Positions 53,479-62,364 of a DNA stretch of 63,817 nt are shown here, piece after piece. Position 1 is the first letter of the stretch. Each line of letters starts with the position of its first letter. The notes beneath the pieces are model-generated. The model saw nothing but the letters and a program-made list of their open reading frames with translations. It was not told where the DNA came from and did not search any database. Origin of the DNA: Patescibacteria group bacterium (GTDB lineage Bacteria > Patescibacteriota > Minisyncoccia > Minisyncoccales > GWA2-38-27). Position numbers and translations under genes: made by a program. Location of the stretch: contig JAHJSY010000041.1 in the NCBI GenBank assembly GCA_018830125.1, forward strand, positions 1 to 63,817, written 5' to 3'.

Positions 53479-53512
53479 AAAACTGCCCGAGGCCCGTCCT
53501 CGGGCAGTTTTT
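53479..53512 (+). terminator. pnp terminator built on the REP-like core
   Basis: AAAACTGCCCGAGG-CCCGT-CCTCGGGCAGTTTT, followed by T. Confidence 0.8.
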
Positions 53513-53596
53513 GATTCATTGATTTATTTTTTGGATGATGATATAGTAAAAACATAAATAAAGTAAATATGATTTGAAAAATAATCAATAGAATAA

Positions 53597-53833
53597 ATGA
53601 CTAACGAAACAGCAAAAATTAAAAATGGAACATTTACTCTTCCAAAAGAATTGCGTAAAAGCTGGAAAGAAGCAGATATTTTTATTTCAGGAGAGAAAGA
53701 CACAATATTTATTAAGAGATTAAGCAAACCGAAGTTAAGCTTTAAGGAAATGTTGAATGAGTTTAATGAGATAGGTAAAAATATTTCTCGCAAAACATTA
53801 GACAAAGCTATTGGTTCAGTTAGAAATAAATAA
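53597..53833 (+). CDS. AbrB/SpoVT-fold antitoxin (VapB-like)
   Basis: 78 aa. KNGTFTLPKELRKSWKEADIFISGEKDTIFIKRL is a swapped-hairpin AbrB-type motif. Lies 5 nt 5' of the PIN gene. Confidence 0.65.
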   Translation: MTNETAKIKNGTFTLPKELRKSWKEADIFISGEKDTIFIKRLSKPKLSFKEMLNEFNEIGKNISRKTLDKAIGSVRNK

Positions 53834-53838
53834 ATTAC

Positions 53839-54258
53839 ATGCTTTTTGTTTTAGACACGAATGTTATTGTTTCGGCTTTGTTCTGGGGTGGCAATCCAAG
53901 AGAAGTTTTAGAGAAGATATATCTAAAGCATACAATTTGCTTTAGCGAAGAAACATTGAATGAGTTAAAAGAAGTTCTGAAATATCCACAATTTAGCTCT
54001 CATATAGAAAATTTAAGTTTTTCCATAGAGGAATTTATTAATACTCTAACCAAAAAAGCATACATAATTTCTAATCCGCCAGAATTATCAATTATCAAAG
54101 AAGATAAATCTGACAACAAATTTTTAGCTTGTGCATTGGCCTGCCAAGCATTTTTTATTATATCTGGTGACAAGCACTTAATTAAGGTAAAGAAGTTTAA
54201 AAATATTTCCATAATAACGCCTCAAGAATTTTTGAAAAAGAAAGATAACATATTATAA
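53839..54258 (+). CDS. PIN-domain toxin (VapC-like)
   Basis: FVLDTNVIVSAL start with acidic residues at E.., D.., and ISGDKHL, typical of PIN_3-type proteins. Confidence 0.75.
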   Translation: MLFVLDTNVIVSALFWGGNPREVLEKIYLKHTICFSEETLNELKEVLKYPQFSSHIENLSFSIEEFINTLTKKAYIISNPPELSIIKEDKSDNKFLACALACQAFFIISGDKHLIKVKKFKNISIITPQEFLKKKDNIL

Positions 54259-54273
54259 ATATAAAATAAATCT

Positions 54274-54480
54274 ATGTTAAGAAAGTTAGCAATCTTGTTA
54301 AATGTCATTGTGCTTGGTCTATTTATTGTGCAATTTTTTACTACCTCAGGTATCGTTTTCTTTTTAACTGCGAACGAAACGAGCCTAATAGGAAAAGTAT
54401 CGGATTTATTTTATATGGCGGTGCTTTTCTTCACCCCATTGCTAACTATTATCCTGTTTTTAAAGTATAAGGCTGAATAG
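54274..54480 (+). CDS. small membrane protein (68 aa)
   Basis: Two hydrophobic helices. ORF only. Confidence 0.4.
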   Translation: MLRKLAILLNVIVLGLFIVQFFTTSGIVFFLTANETSLIGKVSDLFYMAVLFFTPLLTIILFLKYKAE

Positions 54481-54577
54481 TTTTTCTAAACCAGGCTTAT
54501 TGAGATTTAAGGAGTTCGACTCCTTGTTTTTTATTTGCTATTTATTTTATTTTTTTTATTATGTTATAATGTTATAA

Positions 54578-54651
54578 CCCCGTAGAGAAAATTTAACTGC
54601 CTTCGGGGTAGGTTTTTCGCAAAAAACCTTTGTTAAATTTCTTCTACGGGG
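54578..54651. repeat. second 74-nt MITE-like hairpin with CCCGTAGA..AAATTT termini
   Basis: CCCCGTAGAGAAAATTT...AAATTTCTTCTACGGGG. Inverted orientation relative to 19349..19422. Confidence 0.8.
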
Positions 54652-54687
54652 TATAATGAATTAAACCAACTTTTAATTTTTAAATTT

Positions 54688-56850
54688 ATGGATCAAGAAA
54701 CAAGCAATAGTATTCGTACTATGAAAAAAGACATTCAGCGTCTTCAAGGGAAAGACGGTGTTACGACACCTTCTCCAGAGCAAGAAGAAAGAGAAAAAAA
54801 GGATAGGCAAAGATTAGAAATAGAAGAAAAAATTAAAGAGAGAGAAGAAAGAAAAATCAAACAAGAAGAAGAGCAATTGCTGAGAGATAGAAAAGCAGAA
54901 AGATTGAAGGAGGTTATGATGGAAAAAGAAAGAGAGCTAGAAAAAAAACGAAACGTAGAAGAAAAAATAAAAAAAGAAATGCAGGAAGGATTAAAAGTAT
55001 CTGGGGTGAAGAAAAAACCAGAAGATAGTCTTGACTCTAAGGTTGGCGGAGTATTGTCTAGATTTAGACCTAGAGCAGAGCAAAAGCTTGTGCCAAGACC
55101 TATCCCAATACCAAAACCTGAGTCAGTTCCTATTAAAGAACTAACAGAAGAAGAGGTTCTCTTAAGAGAAAAAGAAGAAATTGAAAAAGAAAAAATAGTG
55201 GCAGGAAAAGAGCTTAGAGAATTTCTAGGTACAGAATATCCACTAGAAGCTAAAAGGAATCAAATCCTTGCTGAATTAGAGCGAGTCAAAAAGGGTTTTC
55301 TTTCTATTGCCGACAAGGAGAAAAAGATTGAAAATATACAACAAGATCTTGAACGGAAAGAAATGAGTGCTAGTGTAGCCAAAGAAAGAAAGAAAATAGA
55401 AAAAGAAAGATGGAACATAGAAGAAAAAAGAAGAGAGTTTGAAAAGCAGAGATGGCCATGGGATGAAAAAATTAAAACATTAGATGTTGAATTACAGGAA
55501 ATTGAAAATCAATTGATTGGTTTAAATTCTAAGAGATTAATGTTAGAAAATAAACAGAGAGAAGTTGCTAAAAGGGAGAATGAGATTGAATTGAAGCTAG
55601 AAAAAATAGAACTAGAAGCGAGGTTGGATGATATAACGGATCTTAAATATTCTCTTGAAAATGGAGCTGTTGAGATAGAAAAAGAAAAAGAGGAAATTAG
55701 CAATCAGTTAAAAATCGTCATGGGTAAGGAGAATGAGATAGAAAAAGAAAAAGAGCGGATTGAACAAGAAGAAGCATCGGTTCAAGACCTAAACAAGAAA
55801 AGGGAGCTAGAAAAAGAAAGATGGAGCATAGAAGAAAAAAGAAGAGATATTGAAAAAAAGAGATGGGTTTTGGATGAAAGAATCGACGAAGCAAAGAATA
55901 AATTAGAAAAAATAGAAAGTAGATTCGAAGATCTTCTTAAGAAAGAAGAAGGTACGGTTATCAAATTAGATGAGATAAATAGAAAGCTGATAGGAGAACC
56001 GATTAAACCGATTATTGTGGAAAAACCTATAGAGAGGCCTGTGGAGAAAATAGAGCCGGTTGGGAAAGCACCTGTTAAATCGGTAGAACTCGTTGAAGAA
56101 CCCGAAGAATTAATTTCATCTTCATTCCCTGCAGACAGAGAATTGAGTTTAAAAAGAGCTAGAGAGCGTATAGAAGCACTCAAAAGAGCTGAAGTCGCAG
56201 CGGGTGAGGATGGGAAAGAAGTGGAAAAGAAGAAAGAAGAAGAAGAAAAGAGAACCCCAACAGATGAAAAAAGGGATATAGAAATAAAAGTGAAAGAAAA
56301 AGAAATCGAACAAAAAGAAATCAGAATTGATTTGGAGGAAAAAGAAAAAAGAAGAAAAGAACTATTAGGAAGATTACAGTCGCCCTTAGCTGTTCAGCAA
56401 AGAAGGTCTATTTCTATAAAACCAGCTGAGTTTGTTAAGTCGCTTCCTAAAAAACCAACTGGGAAACAAAAAATATGGCTTAGGATAATAATTGTTGTTT
56501 TTGTAATAATTTTACTTACAGCCATTCTTACATTTTGGTATTGGTATCTTAAAGTGAGAAATCAAACTATTATAGAGCTAGAGCAACCAGCAGTAGAAGA
56601 AGAAAAAATTATTGAGGAAGAAGTCGTAGAAGAAGCTTCCAAAGAAATAATTATGGTCATTGTCTCGACAGGTTGGTTGGAAGCAAGAGAAGAACCAGAT
56701 ATTGAATCTCCAGCGTTAAGAAGGATATTTAAAGATGAGAGCTATCAATTTTTAGAAGAGTTAAGCGGATGGTATAAGATACAATTGGAGGAAAATTTAG
56801 AGGGTTGGGTACCAGCCGATTATGTTAATAAAGTAATTAACGAAATATGA
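54688..56850 (+). CDS. bitopic Glu/Lys-rich coiled-coil protein with C-terminal SH3b-like domain
   Basis: About 590 aa of EK-rich coiled coil with two ~45-aa repeats (KERWNIEEKRREFEKQRWPWDEKI and KERWSIEEKRRDIEKKRWVLDERI). One TM helix (IWLRIIIVVFVIILLTAILTFWYWYL). C-terminal GWLEAREEP..SGWYKIQL..GWVPADYV. Confidence 0.6.
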   Translation: MDQETSNSIRTMKKDIQRLQGKDGVTTPSPEQEEREKKDRQRLEIEEKIKEREERKIKQEEEQLLRDRKAERLKEVMMEKERELEKKRNVEEKIKKEMQEGLKVSGVKKKPEDSLDSKVGGVLSRFRPRAEQKLVPRPIPIPKPESVPIKELTEEEVLLREKEEIEKEKIVAGKELREFLGTEYPLEAKRNQILAELERVKKGFLSIADKEKKIENIQQDLERKEMSASVAKERKKIEKERWNIEEKRREFEKQRWPWDEKIKTLDVELQEIENQLIGLNSKRLMLENKQREVAKRENEIELKLEKIELEARLDDITDLKYSLENGAVEIEKEKEEISNQLKIVMGKENEIEKEKERIEQEEASVQDLNKKRELEKERWSIEEKRRDIEKKRWVLDERIDEAKNKLEKIESRFEDLLKKEEGTVIKLDEINRKLIGEPIKPIIVEKPIERPVEKIEPVGKAPVKSVELVEEPEELISSSFPADRELSLKRARERIEALKRAEVAAGEDGKEVEKKKEEEEKRTPTDEKRDIEIKVKEKEIEQKEIRIDLEEKEKRRKELLGRLQSPLAVQQRRSISIKPAEFVKSLPKKPTGKQKIWLRIIIVVFVIILLTAILTFWYWYLKVRNQTIIELEQPAVEEEKIIEEEVVEEASKEIIMVIVSTGWLEAREEPDIESPALRRIFKDESYQFLEELSGWYKIQLEENLEGWVPADYVNKVINEI

Positions 56851-57209
56851 ACAAAAAACTACAGCAAGAATTAAAGGAAAAATTAGAAAAACAGAAGGTC
56901 TCTCTAGAAGCGGAACTTGGAAAGTTTGCCAGAAAAGATAAAAAGCTTGATGGAGATTGGGATACTAAATTTCCCGAAGCAAATGGATCTTCGGGAAGCT
57001 CGGCTTTAGAAGATGCTGCCGATCAAGTAACAGAGTATGCCAATTTATTACCGGTAGAACATAATATGGAACTTCGGCTTCAAGACATAAATAAAGCATT
57101 GACTAAGATTAAAAAAGATAAATATGGTAAGTGTGAAAAATGCAATAAAGCTATTCCCGAAGAACGTCTGAGAATATATCCCGAAGCCACAATTTGTGGT
57201 AAATGTTAA
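56847..57209 (+). CDS. DksA/TraR-family C4 zinc-finger protein
   Basis: CEKCNKAIPEERL..ATICGKC. Coiled N-terminus. ATGA overlap with the upstream gene. Confidence 0.8.
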   Translation: MNKKLQQELKEKLEKQKVSLEAELGKFARKDKKLDGDWDTKFPEANGSSGSSALEDAADQVTEYANLLPVEHNMELRLQDINKALTKIKKDKYGKCEKCNKAIPEERLRIYPEATICGKC

Positions 57210-57210
57210 A

Positions 57211-57239
57211 AAAGGCAATGATTGTATCATTGCCTTTTT
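57211..57239 (+). terminator. terminator AAAGGCAATGAT-TGT-ATCATTGCCTTT
   Basis: 12-bp stem followed by a T run. Confidence 0.75.
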
Positions 57240-57242
57240 GAT

Positions 57243-57322
57243 TGGAGACGGAGGGAATCGAACCCTCAACCTGTCCGACAATAATCCGTCGGACCGCTCT
57301 GTTCCAAATGAGCTGCGCCCCC
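57243..57322 (-). tRNA. tRNA-like gene with aberrant anticodon arm (7-bp stem, 8-nt loop GGATTATT)
   Basis: Hand-folded. Acceptor GGGGGCG/CGTCTCC (two G-T pairs), D arm GCTC-ATTTGGAACA-GAGC, T arm GAGGG-TTCGATT-CCCTC. C at position 8. The anticodon arm GTCCGAC-GGATTATT-GTCGGAC is 5 nt too long. Confidence 0.45.
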
Positions 57323-57329
57323 TCTTTTG

Positions 57330-57403
57330 AGCACCTGGCAGGAGTTGAACCCGCAACCTTTAGGGCCGAAACCTAACGCTCTATCCAATTGAGCTACAGG
57401 CGC
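57330..57403 (-). tRNA. tRNA-Arg (anticodon TCG)
   Basis: Hand-folded. Acceptor GCGCCTG/CAGGTGC, D loop with A20, anticodon arm TTAGG-TTTCGGC-CCTAA, T arm GCGGG-TTCAACT-CCTGC. No encoded CCA. Confidence 0.85.
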
Positions 57404-57456
57404 ATTCCATTATGATTCTACCAGGAAAATTGAAATAAATCAATTTTTAAGATAAG

Positions 57457-58911
57457 ATGAAGATAATGGATATACCCAAAAAAATAGAAGGTATTTTAAA
57501 GAAGCTGGAGAAAAATGGATATAAGGCCTATCTTGTAGGAGGCTGTGTTCGTGATCTATTAATGGGTAATCCGCCAGCTGGCGGACCGAAGGATTGGGAT
57601 ATAACAACAGATGCTTCTCCAGAAGAGACTCAAAAGATTTTCCCCGATAATTTTATGAACAATAAATTTGGCACAGTAACTGTTTTGGGTAGTGTTGAAA
57701 TTACTCCTTTTAGAACAGAGACCAAATATACAGACAAGAGACATCCAGATAAAGTTGAATGGGCCAAGACCATTGAAGAAGATCTTTCCAGGCGCGATTT
57801 CACCATAAACTCAATCGCAATTAAAATTCAGAATTCAGAATTCAAAATTATTGACTTATTTGACGGTAAAGAAGATATCAAAAAAGGAATTGTGAAAGCT
57901 GTGGGAGATGCAAACGAAAGATTTAATGAGGATGCTTTGAGAATGATGAGGGCAGTTAGATTCGCCAGTGTTTTAGATTTTACAATAGATAAAAAAACAG
58001 CTGATGCTATAAAGAAGAATGCACCATGGATGAAAGCTATTTCTAAAGAAAGGATAAGAGATGAATTGTTAAAAATCATTATGTCAGATAATGCTTCTGA
58101 TGGTATAGAAATGTTAAGAGAGCTTGGTTTGCTGAAATATATTATCCCCGAGCTAGAAGATGGCTATAAGGTGGCCCAGTCAAAACATCACACATATGAT
58201 GTTTATAAGCACTCAATACTTTCTCTAAAATATGCCGCTCAAAAGAATTTTAGCAGGGATGTCAGAATCGCTTCCCTCCTTCACGATGTTGGCAAACCAA
58301 AATCTAAAAGAGGGTCTGGTGAAAGTGCTACCTTTTATGGACACGAAGTTGTTGGCGCTAGAATGTCAAAGCAAATATTGGGTCGTTTAAGATTTTCCAA
58401 AAAAGAAATAGAAAAAATTACTAAATTGATTAGATATCATTTGTTTTATTATAATGTTGATGAAGTTACTGAGGCATCGGTTAGAAAGTTAGTTCGTAAA
58501 GTAGGCCCAGAAAGCATAGAAGAATTATTACAAGTAAGAATGGCTGATAGAATTGGTTCGGGTGTTCCTAAGGCGGAACCATACAAACTTCGTCATATGA
58601 AATATATTATTGAGAAAGCTTCCAGAGACCCGGTCTCTGTAAAGATGCTTAAAATAAACGGACAGGATATTATGAGAATATTAGATGTTAAGCCGGATCC
58701 CAAGATAGGGCAAGTTTTAGATATATTGTTGGGTTATGTCTTAATAGATCCTAAAAATAATAAAAAGGCGTATTTAGAAAAAGAAATTAAAAAACTGGGC
58801 AAGCTTTCGGATAGAGAGCTTAGCTCCTTGACTGAAAATTCGCGCAAAGAACGGGAAGAGGTTATAATGAAAGAAGATAAAATGACTAAACAAAAGTACT
58901 GGGTTACATGA
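57457..58911 (+). CDS. cca: CCA-adding tRNA nucleotidyltransferase with HD domain
   Basis: GGCVRDLLMG..DWDITT head-domain motif, interrupted by the NPPAGG palindrome. RDFTINS. HD region HHTYDVYKHS..LLHDVGK. ATG 57466 is an alternative start. Confidence 0.85.
   Translation: MKIMDIPKKIEGILKKLEKNGYKAYLVGGCVRDLLMGNPPAGGPKDWDITTDASPEETQKIFPDNFMNNKFGTVTVLGSVEITPFRTETKYTDKRHPDKVEWAKTIEEDLSRRDFTINSIAIKIQNSEFKIIDLFDGKEDIKKGIVKAVGDANERFNEDALRMMRAVRFASVLDFTIDKKTADAIKKNAPWMKAISKERIRDELLKIIMSDNASDGIEMLRELGLLKYIIPELEDGYKVAQSKHHTYDVYKHSILSLKYAAQKNFSRDVRIASLLHDVGKPKSKRGSGESATFYGHEVVGARMSKQILGRLRFSKKEIEKITKLIRYHLFYYNVDEVTEASVRKLVRKVGPESIEELLQVRMADRIGSGVPKAEPYKLRHMKYIIEKASRDPVSVKMLKINGQDIMRILDVKPDPKIGQVLDILLGYVLIDPKNNKKAYLEKEIKKLGKLSDRELSSLTENSRKEREEVIMKEDKMTKQKYWVT
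57568..57585. repeat. palindrome AATCCGCCAGCTGGCGGA inside cca
   Basis: Read as NPPAGG between the conserved GGxVRDxLLG and DxD parts of the motif. Confidence 0.9.
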
Positions 58912-59531
58912 TATCAAAAGCTTTTTTTAACTTATTTTGGATTATCGCAAAGCTTTTACTGTTGATTTTTTTGCGTGTTGAAATAGAAACAGAAGTTGAT
59001 TTAAAAAAACTTAGAGGTCCATTGATAATTGCTAGTAATCATGTTTCAGCAGCGGACCCTTTTTTAATAGGAGCATCTTTCTCTTTTGGTGCTAAGATTT
59101 TTCCTATCCGTTATGCCATTCTAGATAAAATTTATTATTTTCTCCCTGTTCTCCTTCTTCTATGGTGCCTGGGAAGTTTTCCGGTCAAAAGAAAGATAGG
59201 ACTAGATAAGGCATTAAAAACCCCAATAAAGATTTTAAACAAAGGGGGGGTTGTTGGTATTTTTCCTCATGGGGGAAGAGAGTGGAAAATAGGTGCTTTA
59301 AAACCCAAAAGAGGAGTTGCTTATTTAGCTCTTAAAACAGGAGTCAAGATTTTACCGATCAGGATTACAATTCCTGTTAAGAAGATGGGCTTAATGAAAG
59401 GACTTCTAAAAAGATATAAAATAAAAATAAAAATAGGCAAGCCATTCTATTTGCCTTCTAAAATAATTAAAGAAGTTGAGGACTACAATCAACCAGCTAA
59501 CTACGTCATAAACCGCATTCGCCAGCTCTAG
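58908..59531 (+). CDS. 1-acyl-sn-glycerol-3-phosphate acyltransferase-like (PlsC family)
   Basis: NHVSAADP (HX4D) and FPHGGRE blocks. 207 aa. Confidence 0.7.
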   Translation: MISKAFFNLFWIIAKLLLLIFLRVEIETEVDLKKLRGPLIIASNHVSAADPFLIGASFSFGAKIFPIRYAILDKIYYFLPVLLLLWCLGSFPVKRKIGLDKALKTPIKILNKGGVVGIFPHGGREWKIGALKPKRGVAYLALKTGVKILPIRITIPVKKMGLMKGLLKRYKIKIKIGKPFYLPSKIIKEVEDYNQPANYVINRIRQL

Positions 59532-59534
59532 CTA

Positions 59535-59563
59535 TTGACTTTATTTTAGTTATAGTATATAAT
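59535..59563 (+). promoter_or_regulatory. promoter TTGACT-17-TATAAT
   Basis: TTGACTTTATTTTAGTTATAGTATATAAT. No annotated gene follows on this strand. Confidence 0.5.
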
Positions 59564-59569
59564 TGCAGA

Positions 59570-59651
59570 TAGTACATGGAAGATTTACTAGGCGCTCGTT
59601 GCGCCATTCATTTCCCGGGACCCCTGCTACTCGGAATAGGGGTCCTTTTTT
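59570..59651 (+). ncRNA. candidate ~80-nt small RNA
   Basis: Hairpin GGCGC-TCGTT-GCGCC, then terminator GGGACCCCT..AGGGGTCC plus T6. Confidence 0.3.
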
Positions 59652-59675
59652 ATTTGAAAAAAGCTAAGCGGGTGC

Positions 59676-60659
59676 TTAGCTTTTTGATTTGATTAACGTT
59701 AAGGCGATAAGAGCAAAAGACATTGCCCAACCCAGCGGAGTATTTTCGTTAGGTTTCCCATTTTGATAAAGTTCGGGAATATGGTTATTATCAGTCATTT
59801 GATCAAGACCTCTAATTAGCCAATATTCAGCTTCTTTAATATGGCGTCTTTGAAATTCTGCTATTGCAAGCCAGAAAAAGCCTAGAGACCATTCGGCAGA
59901 AATACCATCGTCTGACCGGTAATAATCATCACCTAAATATCTATTCAGGCCATGTTTTTGAACAAGCTTCTCTTTTATTCTTTCAAGAATAATATTAGCT
60001 ATTTTTTTAGAAACAATATTGTATGGCCAGATTAAAGAAAGTTGGCTCATATTCACTTCTTGGTCAGGCGATTCATTGGGAAGGATTTTCTCAAGAGACC
60101 TCCATCCTTTTTCTATCATGTGTCTTGGTACAGACTCAATATCTTTTTTAGTGGTGTAGATAAGGCCGATCAAAGTTGCTCCGATCGATGAAGCATGAAG
60201 ATTTAATTTATCTTCCCATATTCCATTATCGGGCTTTTCCCAATATTCATGTAAGTTCAGATAAGAGATTAAAGTCTTAATTATTTCTCGGTCTTTTTTC
60301 CTCAAAATTCTTATTCCTAAAGATTCAAAAAAGGCAGAAAAATAGAGCAGTAAGCCAATTGCATCTAACTGATGATGGCCCCAATCTTTAGTTATTTGTT
60401 CAAAAGTAATAGCATCGTATTTAGCATGAATAATTTTACCCCTTTTAATTTCTAGATAGTATTTATCTAGAATATCAAAAACTACTTGAAAGCTCCTTAT
60501 TAGTTTTGGGTAATTTCTTAAATAGTAATAAGAAATTGCACAATAAAGCTGATCTCTTAACCAACAGGCGTTATACTTTTTGCTAGGAGCGGCAATAAAA
60601 GCCCCAGACGGCATAACAAGTTCTTCGAACTCAATCAAAAGTAAATTTCTTAGATCCAT
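59676..60659 (-). CDS. glycoside hydrolase family 15-like (alpha/alpha)6 barrel protein
   Basis: CWLRDQ, HQLDAIG, GIWEDK..HASSIG, NRYLGDDYY and PLGWAMSF blocks follow the GH15/glucoamylase-like pattern. Catalytic-domain-only length (327 aa). Confidence 0.6.
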   Translation of the reverse strand: MDLRNLLLIEFEELVMPSGAFIAAPSKKYNACWLRDQLYCAISYYYLRNYPKLIRSFQVVFDILDKYYLEIKRGKIIHAKYDAITFEQITKDWGHHQLDAIGLLLYFSAFFESLGIRILRKKDREIIKTLISYLNLHEYWEKPDNGIWEDKLNLHASSIGATLIGLIYTTKKDIESVPRHMIEKGWRSLEKILPNESPDQEVNMSQLSLIWPYNIVSKKIANIILERIKEKLVQKHGLNRYLGDDYYRSDDGISAEWSLGFFWLAIAEFQRRHIKEAEYWLIRGLDQMTDNNHIPELYQNGKPNENTPLGWAMSFALIALTLIKSKS

Positions 60660-60769
60660 TTTTTATCTCCTTAATTATCAATGAGCATTTCGTCAATAAT
60701 CTAATATTATCCCTAATAATTGCAAAAGTCAAAATTGCAAAATCTCAACAATAAGTTATAATCAAGAAT

Positions 60770-61174
60770 ATGAAGAAAGATAAGCTTTTGAAGATTATAG
60801 AGCCGAGTCCTAAGCCCATTCGTTGGTTCTTTTTCTGGACAGGCATTATCGCTACCATCGCTTATAGGATAATTATTTTCTTAAACTTCTATAGTCCCCT
60901 ATGGGTAAAGATTTCTTGGTATATTGGAACGGTTGGTTTTATTCTTTATTTCGGTCATCGTTTTAATGTCGCCAGAAAGAGAGCTAAACTAGTTAGGGAT
61001 TATAAGCTGGTTCAAGCGATAGATGAAACTTATGATATTGATCCCCAAAAAAAGATAGCTCTTCACTACTTGGTTCAGACCAGCTTAACTTCAAAATCAA
61101 GATGGAATTCAGCCATTATCTTTATTCTTTCCCTAGCCGCTCTCATCGCAGGAATTTATCTAGACATATTATAA
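60770..61174 (+). CDS. membrane protein (134 aa)
   Basis: Three hydrophobic helices. No family recognised. Confidence 0.45.
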   Translation: MKKDKLLKIIEPSPKPIRWFFFWTGIIATIAYRIIIFLNFYSPLWVKISWYIGTVGFILYFGHRFNVARKRAKLVRDYKLVQAIDETYDIDPQKKIALHYLVQTSLTSKSRWNSAIIFILSLAALIAGIYLDIL

Positions 61175-61182
61175 ATAAATAT

Positions 61183-61201
61183 GCATAAGTCCGACTTATG
61201 C
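61183..61201. repeat. palindrome GCATAAGTCCGACTTATGC
   Basis: Identical to the copy at 14905..14923 in tsaE. Intergenic here. Confidence 0.9.
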
Positions 61202-61224
61202 AAACTTATGAAAAAAATAAAAAT

Positions 61225-61797
61225 ATGAAGAAAATAATTTTTTTATCGGTAGTTGTCGTTTTGGGACTTATTATAGTTTTGTTTGTTATTTCTAATATAG
61301 AAGATTTGAGCAAAATAGATAATAATATAGACGAAGAGCTGGTTGATGATGTTATTGTTAATAGTTTTGATGAGTGTCTTTTGGCTGGTTTTGCGGTGAT
61401 GGAAAGTTATCCAAGACAATGCAGAACAGATGATGGTGAGTTGTTTGTGGAAGATATTGGCAATGAATTAGAAAAGGCAGATCTAATAAGAATTGACAAT
61501 CCTCGTCCTAATCAGGAAATACAGAGCCCACTTGCTATTAACGGAGAAGCAAGAGGGTATTGGTTTTTTGAGGGGGACTTCCCTATTGAATTAATTAATT
61601 CAGATGGAGAAATTATTGTTCAAGGAGTGGCTACTGCTAAAACAGAATGGATGACTGAGGACTTTGTTCAATTTGAAACCTTGCTTGAATTTGAAAAACC
61701 AGAAAATAATAGAGGAACTTTAATTTTACGTAAAGATAACCCCTCTGGGTTACCTGAAAATGAAGATGCTTTAGAAATTCCAGTTGTTTTTAAATAA
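61225..61797 (+). CDS. secreted Gmad2-type immunoglobulin-like domain protein
   Basis: Signal/TM start MKKIIFLSVVVV. NPRPNQEIQSPLAINGEARGYWFFEGDFPIEL fits the Gmad2 Ig-like domain. Start moved from the track ATG inside the palindrome. Confidence 0.55.
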   Translation: MKKIIFLSVVVVLGLIIVLFVISNIEDLSKIDNNIDEELVDDVIVNSFDECLLAGFAVMESYPRQCRTDDGELFVEDIGNELEKADLIRIDNPRPNQEIQSPLAINGEARGYWFFEGDFPIELINSDGEIIVQGVATAKTEWMTEDFVQFETLLEFEKPENNRGTLILRKDNPSGLPENEDALEIPVVFK

Positions 61798-61798
61798 C

Positions 61799-62092
61799 AT
61801 GAAATTTAATATTAAAAATTCTGGGAAGAATTCCGTTAGTATTGGAAGAGATATTGGCTATATTCTTCAAAAAGAGACTTCAGGTAGTGAGGTCTCTTTT
61901 GTTCGTCCTTTGGAAAGAGGTGGCTATCCAAGGTTTCATTTATATGTTAAGCTAGATGGAGACAATTTAATGTTTGATTTGCATCTTGATCAAAAAAGAC
62001 CTGTTTATAAAACGGCTCATGATCATGCTGCCGAATATGACGGAGCTTTAATAAAAAATGAAATTCAGCGAATAAAACAAACCCTAATTTAA
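61799..62092 (+). CDS. hypothetical protein (97 aa)
   Basis: ORF trimmed to ATG 61799, 1 nt after the upstream stop. No family recognised. Confidence 0.45.
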   Translation: MKFNIKNSGKNSVSIGRDIGYILQKETSGSEVSFVRPLERGGYPRFHLYVKLDGDNLMFDLHLDQKRPVYKTAHDHAAEYDGALIKNEIQRIKQTLI

Positions 62093-62145
62093 AGAGCTTA
62101 GTTTCGAAATTTGACAAATGCCGAAAATTTTAATAAAATAAAAAC

Positions 62146-62364
62146 ATGATCTATAAATTTACAACTATTATTACTAAAGAAGATAAGTGGTATGTAGCAC
62201 GTTGCGTTGAGTTAGGCGTTGTAAGTCAAGGTAAAACAATTGAGAAAGCCCAAGAAAATCTTAGAGAAGCAGTTGAGCTTTATATAGAAGATTATCCTAA
62301 AAGTAAAAGGAGTTTTTCTAAAAAAGCACCTTTAATCACTACACTTGAATTGACACATGCCTAG
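62146..62364 (+). CDS. hicB: HicB-like antitoxin
   Basis: YKFTTIITKEDKWYVARCVELGVVSQGKTIEKAQENLREAVELYIED is the HicB N-terminal fold pattern. Overlaps hicA by 8 nt. Confidence 0.75.
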   Translation: MIYKFTTIITKEDKWYVARCVELGVVSQGKTIEKAQENLREAVELYIEDYPKSKRSFSKKAPLITTLELTHA

